Shown in pieces: positions 55,627 to 61,480 of a stretch of 61,480 nucleotides of DNA. Position numbers and translations under genes: made by a program. The DNA comes from a virus. Taxonomy: Duplodnaviria > Caudoviricetes. The stretch is from positions 1 through 61,480 of IMG/VR virus record IMGVR_UViG_3300032290_001212. One strand, 5' to 3'. Every line of letters starts with the position of its first letter. Positions within the stretch are counted from its first letter, which is position 1. Below the pieces are notes generated by a model, which was not told the origin of the DNA, did no database searches, and was given only the letters and a program-made list of their open reading frames with translations.

Positions 55627-56575
55627 CTTTTCCTCCGTTTAACATCCGCATCGTGCGGAATGGGTTTCCTTGTTTCATGTATTGCTTTACTAAATCAGGG
55701 TGAGCCTCTTTCAAGGCTTTCGTGTCCAAACTTTCACGACCAGCCATTTGTTTCCAAGAAACTACACGCTTGCCGTGCAACAACCCAACCTCGTTGTCCA
55801 ACAACATTCGAGCCAACGCATCCTTCGCCTGCTTTTCCTGAGCCTCGCCTTGAGCCTTCAACTCGCGCCCAACTTCAAGCAACTGCAAAAAGGTTTCAGC
55901 CTCAGCAGGCAACTCAATCGTTGTCTTGGCCGCCGGGAACATTGAAGCAATGTCATCAGCACTCAAATCCTGAATCAACTCATCAGACAGAGGCTCTTTA
56001 TTGTCAATCATTTTGCCAATACGTTCCGCTTCAGCATCAATCGCATCCGCTAAACCATTGTCAAAAGGCATTTCAACGACCGTAAAGTTCTGTCGCTTAT
56101 CAAACACACCGAAGAACACAGGACAGCCAACGATTTTGGACTGCATATGCCCTTGGGCGATCCATTCCTGAGGCAAATCAGAACCAGAGTTGATCGTGTA
56201 CTTGCCTGTCACCTTGATTTCTCCGATGAACTCAGGCTTTTCTACCGAAGCAACTGGAACAGCATCAAGCGAACCAACCCATCGACCACCTGTGTAAACC
56301 ACTTCCGGGGTCACCAAAGCAGTACCAAGCCTCAACCCCATCTCCTCAACAAGCAAAGGCTCCATCAGGTTGCCTTTACGCATCGCCCAACTTTCCTCAA
56401 CCACAACAGGTGAAGTCAGTTTCTCCATATACAACTGTGCGCGACTCTTGTAAGGACTTACGCCCATCAAAGCTGACGCATCAGAGTAACCAAAAACGGC
56501 TTCCCCTTCCTCGTTTCTGAACCTATCCCACAGCCATTCGGCTGAACCATGTTTATGTTTCGGTTTTGTTTTCAT
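55619..56575 (-). CDS. YqaJ-like (lambda exo/RecE-type) exonuclease
   Basis: G.SDA.ALMG.SPYKS, G..ME, SLD, EIK, Q...Q. Confidence 0.88.
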   Translation of the reverse strand: MKTKPKHKHGSAEWLWDRFRNEEGEAVFGYSDASALMGVSPYKSRAQLYMEKLTSPVVVEESWAMRKGNLMEPLLVEEMGLRLGTALVTPEVVYTGGRWVGSLDAVPVASVEKPEFIGEIKVTGKYTINSGSDLPQEWIAQGHMQSKIVGCPVFFGVFDKRQNFTVVEMPFDNGLADAIDAEAERIGKMIDNKEPLSDELIQDLSADDIASMFPAAKTTIELPAEAETFLQLLEVGRELKAQGEAQEKQAKDALARMLLDNEVGLLHGKRVVSWKQMAGRESLDTKALKEAHPDLVKQYMKQGNPFRTMRMLNGGKDE

Positions 56576-56608
56576 ATCTCCCTATTCTCCTCTAGGGGTG
56601 TCACAGAG

Positions 56609-58540
56609 TTAAAGCTGCTCCACCTGCCATATTTGTTTTGCGATCCACTTTGCCACCGGGGTAGCAACTCCATTTCCACACATTTTGTATCTGTGGGTAT
56701 CCGACATTGGCGAACCATCAGCCTTGAAAGCCGTATGGTGCAACGGCCATCCCATCAGTAACTCGCATTCTGAAGGCGTAAGGCGACGTACCGCCATCTG
56801 TGGCTCACCATCATGTAACTGAATATGAGGCTCGTTATCTCCACGCTTAGATTCCGCTCGAAGAGTAGGAACTGTTCCTTCCCAAACACCGCCACCTAAA
56901 CGCACCATCGTTCCGGGTTGAAACACCGTTGGCTCATCAACGGGCTGTGCCACGAAATCGCTGCTATCACGACCAACCCTTAACGAGCGATGAATCCCGG
57001 AATCATCAAGTTTCTGGTTATATCCGTCATACACCACAGGCTCAGTAATGAACATTTGGGCATGGTGCGACTGTGGGCTTGGCCGTAAACCAGTCAACGC
57101 ATTAGCCGTATCTAATTCTGTAGCCGAGAAAGTGTTTGCCTTAGCGTCTTCACGAACCGAATAAGCGACTGAAGGTGACTGTTGGCTTGCTTTCAATGTT
57201 GGTGAGCAGTCCTCGGTGACGTTCGCATTAGAACCAAACTGTGTATCAAAAGCCAAAGGAACAGCAACCATCGGCGTGTTACCGCCACCTGTACCCATCT
57301 TCGCTGACAAGGTTTGAGTAACCCCATCTTTTGAAATCCGCGCACCATCACGATAAGAGTTTTCAAACAGGACAGTCGCATCCTCAACAATGGCAATGCC
57401 ACCTTGATTCAGACTTGGATCAGGCTTCCAAGTATCCAAAGTTTTAGCCACATCAACCTCGTTTACGCCGCTATCCGGGTTAGAGGATTTCATTGAGTTA
57501 GACGACAAAGAATCAAACGCATAGACAGTTTGCTCAACAATTACATGAGCCGAATCTGTTGTCTCTGTTCCCCTCGGCCCAGAACCACTCTTTGCGGTCA
57601 AAGGGCCGACAGTATCCGAATAAATAACAGCGGTTGTTGTCCGAGTGTCTCCCACATCAAACGCATTCAATGTCGGAGAAACCTCACCTTCAATCCAAGT
57701 CTCATCGTCAGTAGCTGACTGCGCTCGGCGCGACTTCACAAACAGCGATGGATTTTCTTCAATGACCGCTTGAAGACGTTGCTTATCAGGCATTCTTTGT
57801 AGATCCGATGTGGTGGTCAGCGAATCCGCTACTTGTCCACCGTTCCACCATTCACTTGATCCCTCTCTTCCGGGGGCAACAATTCCACTCTCATCTCCAA
57901 CGCCTTCTGTAAGCGTTCTGGCAGAACCTTTCCTCTTCGGTTTGCCCTTCTCAAAATGCCTTGGCAAGCTTTCGGAGACAGGTAATAACGGGTCGGGACA
58001 CTTTGCGGCGGTTGCAGGATCGAACTGAGAGATGAGCCAAATGCGTCTTCTGCGTTGGGGGATTCCGAAAAAGCGCGCATCCAACATAGCGTATTCTTGG
58101 AGAACCGCCCCTGCTTCTGCCATTTCATTGATGACTGTTGCAAAATCTCTTCCATTGTTAGAAGTGATTGCTCCTGCGACGTTTTCCCAAACTGTCCATC
58201 GGGGAAAAGCTCCATTTGTGACATAACGCATCTCCTTGATAATTCGTACTGCTTCGTGAAATAAACCTGATCGTGAACCTTCCAACCCGGCGCGCTTTCC
58301 AGCAACTGAGAGGTCTTGGCACGGGCTGCCAAAAATTATGATATCTACAGGCGGTAAAAACTTTCCGTCAACAGCAGAAATGTCACCCCACTTTTGAACA
58401 TCAGGCCAATGCCTATCTAACACGCTTCGACAGTTCTTATCCCACTCCACTTGGAACTTGCATTCCGCGTAAGGGTCAAAACCCATATCAAAACCGCCCA
58501 CCCCGGAAAAGAGGCTGCCGTACGTTAGTTGTTTCATCAT
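56609..58540 (-). CDS. DNA (cytosine-5)-methyltransferase with long repetitive variable region
   Basis: SLFSGVGG, GSPCQDLS, WENV, PQRR.RI, RRLTP.ECE.LMG.P, YKMCGNGV. Confidence 0.95.
   Translation of the reverse strand: MMKQLTYGSLFSGVGGFDMGFDPYAECKFQVEWDKNCRSVLDRHWPDVQKWGDISAVDGKFLPPVDIIIFGSPCQDLSVAGKRAGLEGSRSGLFHEAVRIIKEMRYVTNGAFPRWTVWENVAGAITSNNGRDFATVINEMAEAGAVLQEYAMLDARFFGIPQRRRRIWLISQFDPATAAKCPDPLLPVSESLPRHFEKGKPKRKGSARTLTEGVGDESGIVAPGREGSSEWWNGGQVADSLTTTSDLQRMPDKQRLQAVIEENPSLFVKSRRAQSATDDETWIEGEVSPTLNAFDVGDTRTTTAVIYSDTVGPLTAKSGSGPRGTETTDSAHVIVEQTVYAFDSLSSNSMKSSNPDSGVNEVDVAKTLDTWKPDPSLNQGGIAIVEDATVLFENSYRDGARISKDGVTQTLSAKMGTGGGNTPMVAVPLAFDTQFGSNANVTEDCSPTLKASQQSPSVAYSVREDAKANTFSATELDTANALTGLRPSPQSHHAQMFITEPVVYDGYNQKLDDSGIHRSLRVGRDSSDFVAQPVDEPTVFQPGTMVRLGGGVWEGTVPTLRAESKRGDNEPHIQLHDGEPQMAVRRLTPSECELLMGWPLHHTAFKADGSPMSDTHRYKMCGNGVATPVAKWIAKQIWQVEQL
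57829..58224 (-). CDS. Out-of-frame nested ORF in the methyltransferase (putative second subunit)
   Basis: AAGGAG RBS 7 nt before ATG 58224; SSLSSIL...VP.RYYLSPKAC.GILRRA.RRGK.LP. Confidence 0.65.
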   Translation of the reverse strand: MSQMELFPDGQFGKTSQEQSLLTMEEILQQSSMKWQKQGRFSKNTLCWMRAFSESPNAEDAFGSSLSSILQPPQSVPTRYYLSPKACQGILRRANRRGKVLPERLQKALEMRVELLPPEERDQVNGGTVDK

Positions 58541-58561
58541 TTCCTCCCAAAAGGTTCCCTC

Positions 58562-58590
58562 ACACTAATGAAGCACTCAACCCAAGTCAA
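58562..58590 (-). promoter_or_regulatory. Putative promoter for the MTase/recombination operon
   Basis: TTGACT-17-TAGTGT upstream of GGGAGG RBS. Confidence 0.55.
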
Positions 58591-58826
58591 GGATTACTTA
58601 AAAGTTTTGTTTCCTTGATCATTGCAACCGGGATCGCCAACAGGTGATCATACGCATCGTCATCGTTAAACGACTGTGCAAGAACCACATGATCTGGTTT
58701 CCCACCTTCAAGCATCCAACCAACCGAACTAACTACACACGGCTCTTCCGCTATCGGCAGCGAAATCCACGATTCAGAGATCGCATGAGCATCATGCCAC
58801 GTAACCATAACAATTGGGTGTTTCAT
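58587..58826 (-). CDS. Conserved hypothetical protein
   Basis: V.W.DA....W, SVGW, V.LAQS, IP..MI. Confidence 0.75.
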   Translation of the reverse strand: MKHPIVMVTWHDAHAISESWISLPIAEEPCVVSSVGWMLEGGKPDHVVLAQSFNDDDAYDHLLAIPVAMIKETKLLSNP

Positions 58827-60037
58827 AGAACCGCCATATCCGACCAGCCTTTAGGGTCATGTTTTCCGACCAAGAAAGTCAAAGTACCCGGCGTACTCCA
58901 ATTTCCTGTCATATCTGTGTACCACTTAGAACCACCGTCATTGGAAGGGCATTGAAATCTGTACCAAGGCCCAAAATCCTGTACCTGAAGGTGATGCCTG
59001 TGAGCAGTCACCCAAATATCAGGTTCACGACCTTCCTCACGCAAAATCCTGATGGATTGACCGCGCAACCATTCGACCTCTTTGCCGCTGATCTTATGAC
59101 CGTGTGTAAAAGCGACTTTCACCCCGGATAGCTCTGAGGTGGTTACAAACTCATCGTGAGGGATAGTCCAACGCATGTTCTCTACCTCAGGCCGCCCATC
59201 CAACACTCGTTGCAGGGCATCAGTAAGGAAACCACCAGCATTGTCGGAATCCGAGGTAACAGATTTACCGTTCCTTCGCATCCACTCACCGTGATTACAA
59301 AGCACCGAAATGAACTCCGACCGTTCGGCAAGGGGGGCTAACTGACGTACGCCTTGCGCCCAAAGGTCAAGAGCCAAAAGCAACTGTTGGCGTTGAGTGA
59401 GTTCAACCGTAAACAACTGACTGGCATAGTTACCATCACAGCCCTCCACCGGGTCACCCATATTGACAATGGCAATGTTTTCAATGTTGCGACCAAGCTT
59501 GCGAAGTTCCTTAATCCGGGCAACAGTCGCATTCACTCCATCCAAAATCCGCTCAACTGCACCTTCCGTGCCGCCACCAGCAGACTTACCGATCTGCTGA
59601 TCAGCCCAACAAACCACCAAAGTAGAACCAACAGCAGGGCTTTCCACAACAGTCCGTGCAATCGGCTTCCATTTAGCCACATACTTCCTGATCTCCTCAA
59701 TCTCCGCGTCAGGCAACGCATCAACGCTCTTCCTACGAAACTTCGCTCGATACGAATACAGCCAAATCAGGTCACGATCACCGTTCTCAAGGCGTTTAGA
59801 CGACTGCCATTTAGACATACGAACCGTGTCATCAGCGACCTCAAATACATCAGGATCAAGCCCAAAAGACCGCAAAACACTATTCCAGTCACCCGTCAGC
59901 TGCGTAGGCATAGCCCCGGTAGAAAGTTCACCACCGTCTAATTCAACGGTCGCCCAAGCTTTCGCATCAGGGTTTGGTGACTCTGCTTCTAACTCGTCAA
60001 GAAACTTTGACACTATGTTTCCACCTTGAAATACCAC
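58823..60037 (-). CDS. Calcineurin-like metallophosphoesterase (actinophage Mre11-like)
   Basis: ADQQIGK, MGDPVEG, CNHGE, THGH, AHRHH. Confidence 0.88.
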   Translation of the reverse strand: MVFQGGNIVSKFLDELEAESPNPDAKAWATVELDGGELSTGAMPTQLTGDWNSVLRSFGLDPDVFEVADDTVRMSKWQSSKRLENGDRDLIWLYSYRAKFRRKSVDALPDAEIEEIRKYVAKWKPIARTVVESPAVGSTLVVCWADQQIGKSAGGGTEGAVERILDGVNATVARIKELRKLGRNIENIAIVNMGDPVEGCDGNYASQLFTVELTQRQQLLLALDLWAQGVRQLAPLAERSEFISVLCNHGEWMRRNGKSVTSDSDNAGGFLTDALQRVLDGRPEVENMRWTIPHDEFVTTSELSGVKVAFTHGHKISGKEVEWLRGQSIRILREEGREPDIWVTAHRHHLQVQDFGPWYRFQCPSNDGGSKWYTDMTGNWSTPGTLTFLVGKHDPKGWSDMAVL

Positions 60038-60224
60038 TACGCGACACTTCGTAACCCATCTTCCTCAACGCCCTTTCAATAGCACCAGCAGAAACCTTGG
60101 GATCATGTATCGCATCAACTAGATCCTGAAATGACTCAGGCTCCATTAACTGTCTAAGCCGATCTTCCGTACTCAAAGAACCGTTGTTCTCTAGAGCATC
60201 CTTAAAACGCATCATTTCAGCCAT
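59997..60224 (-). CDS. Small HTH-like protein
   Basis: I.RALR..GY.VS...I.RW; overlaps the phosphoesterase start. Confidence 0.65.
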   Translation of the reverse strand: MAEMMRFKDALENNGSLSTEDRLRQLMEPESFQDLVDAIHDPKVSAGAIERALRKMGYEVSRSGISRWKHSVKVS

Positions 60225-60255
60225 AAATCTCTCCCCAAGATTGGTTGAGAAAACT

Positions 60256-60456
60256 CTACATCACACCTTTAGCGTGATCGGTGATATGGCTATCAATCTT
60301 GTGTTCCACACGTTCCATACCATCAGCAAGGCGATCCAACGAACTTATGACCATCGCATGATCATCCTTGTTTTCACCCCGGAGCATTACAAGAAGCGTA
60401 GTAAGCACCCCGCCAACGACAGTAACGAGTGCGGCGATAACCGCTCCCCAATCCAC
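60256..60456 (-). CDS. Holin-like 1-TM coiled-coil protein
   Basis: GTG start right after the endolysin; TM helix then R.EN..DH...KID.HI.DH. Confidence 0.7.
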   Translation of the reverse strand: MDWGAVIAALVTVVGGVLTTLLVMLRGENKDDHAMVISSLDRLADGMERVEHKIDSHITDHAKGVM

Positions 60457-60457
60457 A

Positions 60458-61012
60458 TCACGCCCCAGCCTGCTTGGAAGCCACAAAAGCGGCCACATCA
60501 GGCGTAGGAGTAGCAACAACCATACGAATATGCCAAGGCTCCTCAGGGAGAACTTCCCAAGAGAAACCGAATCGAGCAATGTTCGCTTTCATCCAGTTCA
60601 AGATCTTCCCGTTCGCATTAGCCACATCAACAGCGATGCCGAGCATATGGCGACTGCACTTCGTTGGATCGTCTTCCGGGGCTGCCAAAGGAGCCATTCC
60701 GGGCTTCAAAAACCATTTCTTACCCTGATAGGTACGCGTCTTGCCAGTACCAGTATCGGTTTGGCTGTAGCGTTGCAAAAATCCTTTGAGTTGCTGGTCA
60801 ATACTGCGGAATGTGTCGCCTGCTGACGTCGGTTTGAGAACAATTCCTTCAGCCTTAGCTGCAGCGACCATCGCATCCCAAGCGTCTGCACAACACTTCT
60901 CCAGCATTCCACCGCCATCTACCTTGCGGAGCATATCTTTGGTGATCTGGGAAGGCTTTTTGCCCTTCACATGGGCGCAAAACTTGATCGGGGTGACAAA
61001 CATTTCGCTCAT
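60458..61012 (-). CDS. Endolysin, M15 (VanY-like) zinc peptidase
   Basis: FRS...Q, SRH.LG.AVD, EPWH. Confidence 0.88.
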   Translation of the reverse strand: MSEMFVTPIKFCAHVKGKKPSQITKDMLRKVDGGGMLEKCCADAWDAMVAAAKAEGIVLKPTSAGDTFRSIDQQLKGFLQRYSQTDTGTGKTRTYQGKKWFLKPGMAPLAAPEDDPTKCSRHMLGIAVDVANANGKILNWMKANIARFGFSWEVLPEEPWHIRMVVATPTPDVAAFVASKQAGA

Positions 61013-61290
61013 TCTGTTTCCTCTGCTTCAATCGCATCGTTTTTCTCGCGCTTTCCCCCGGTAGAAATCATCAAACCAGCCAAAGTGCCTGTAATAAAAG
61101 TCGCTACAGACGACAAAACACCAAAAAACATCTTGTCATTTTCGGCCTGAACACCAATCGGCTGCGTCACGAATACGAGTGCATACAAAATAAAGGTGGT
61201 CGTGATCAGCAAAACACCCCCAAGAATGCAACCAACAACGAACTTCAGTCGAGCATCCAACTCTTCAGGGCTTAAACGGGTCTTTTTCAT
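61009..61290 (-). CDS. 2-TM membrane protein (holin candidate)
   Basis: Two TM helices; ELDARLKF...LYAL.FVTQP...END; upstream of the endolysin. Confidence 0.75.
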   Translation of the reverse strand: MKKTRLSPEELDARLKFVVGCILGGVLLITTTFILYALVFVTQPIGVQAENDKMFFGVLSSVATFITGTLAGLMISTGGKREKNDAIEAEETE

Positions 61291-61357
61291 GGCAAAACAA
61301 TCGTTTCTTCAGTAATGGTTTCATTCGGGTCAAAGCCAATAATGTCCGACGTACAAG

Positions 61358-61480
61358 TACCAGACACCTTGCATTGAGGCTCAACGCATTCCGGGGCTTC
61401 CCAATTGGCAGGGTCTTGGCATTCATAACGGTAACCACCGTCATAACCACACCCCGCCAATACGAGAAACAGCGCGAAAA
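61358..61480. repeat. Terminal direct repeat (copy 2)
   Basis: Identical to 1-123. Confidence 0.95.

Noticed and set aside
61265-61450. ORF-track 61-aa minus ORF
   Set aside because: Wrong frame; the lipoprotein frame starting at 136 and crossing the junction explains this region.
1-61480. Integrase, DNA polymerase, tRNA genes, reverse transcriptase/DGR
   Set aside because: No supporting motifs or cloverleaf structures were found by eye.

Overview
The window is an apparently complete, circularly permuted genome of a tailed (siphovirus-like) phage. Bases 1-123 repeat exactly at 61358-61480, giving a unit length of about 61.36 kb. Almost all genes are on the minus strand. WhiB, actinobacterial-type LexA boxes and many leaderless TANNNT-N6/7-ATG starts point to an actinobacterial host; a freshwater Acidimicrobiia-like host is an inference. 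Gene order along the minus strand: lysis genes, metallophosphoesterase, C5 methyltransferase, YqaJ/Sak recombination, Rep with iterons, amidoligase+GATase, WhiB, ParB, terminase, head, tail and Gly-rich fibre genes. No integrase or DNA polymerase was recognised. The most striking feature lies between terminase and the scaffold/capsid genes (about 22.9-41.3 kb). Seven proteins carry 13 copies of one ~20-aa tag, [ILVM]xK-(A/S)..F(GGD/AS)RS(A/E)AGRYAAxxRW. Each copy sits directly in front of a different module: 2 GNATs, 2 HExxH metallopeptidases, an R-S-E ADP-ribosyltransferase, a zeta-toxin-like kinase fused to the XkdF prohead protease, 2 ParB/Srx-like domains, an LPD29-like domain and unknown domains. 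This suggests a tagged, protease-processed, capsid-packaged effector delivery system (inference). Other notable items: two perfect LexA boxes inside an in-frame insertion of terL at a strand-composition switch, an out-of-frame gene nested in the methyltransferase, CCGG seen only within CCSGG, a Com-like zinc finger with a structured tail-operon leader, and three repeated early promoters with palindromic spacers. All family assignments are from motif recognition by eye, not database searches.
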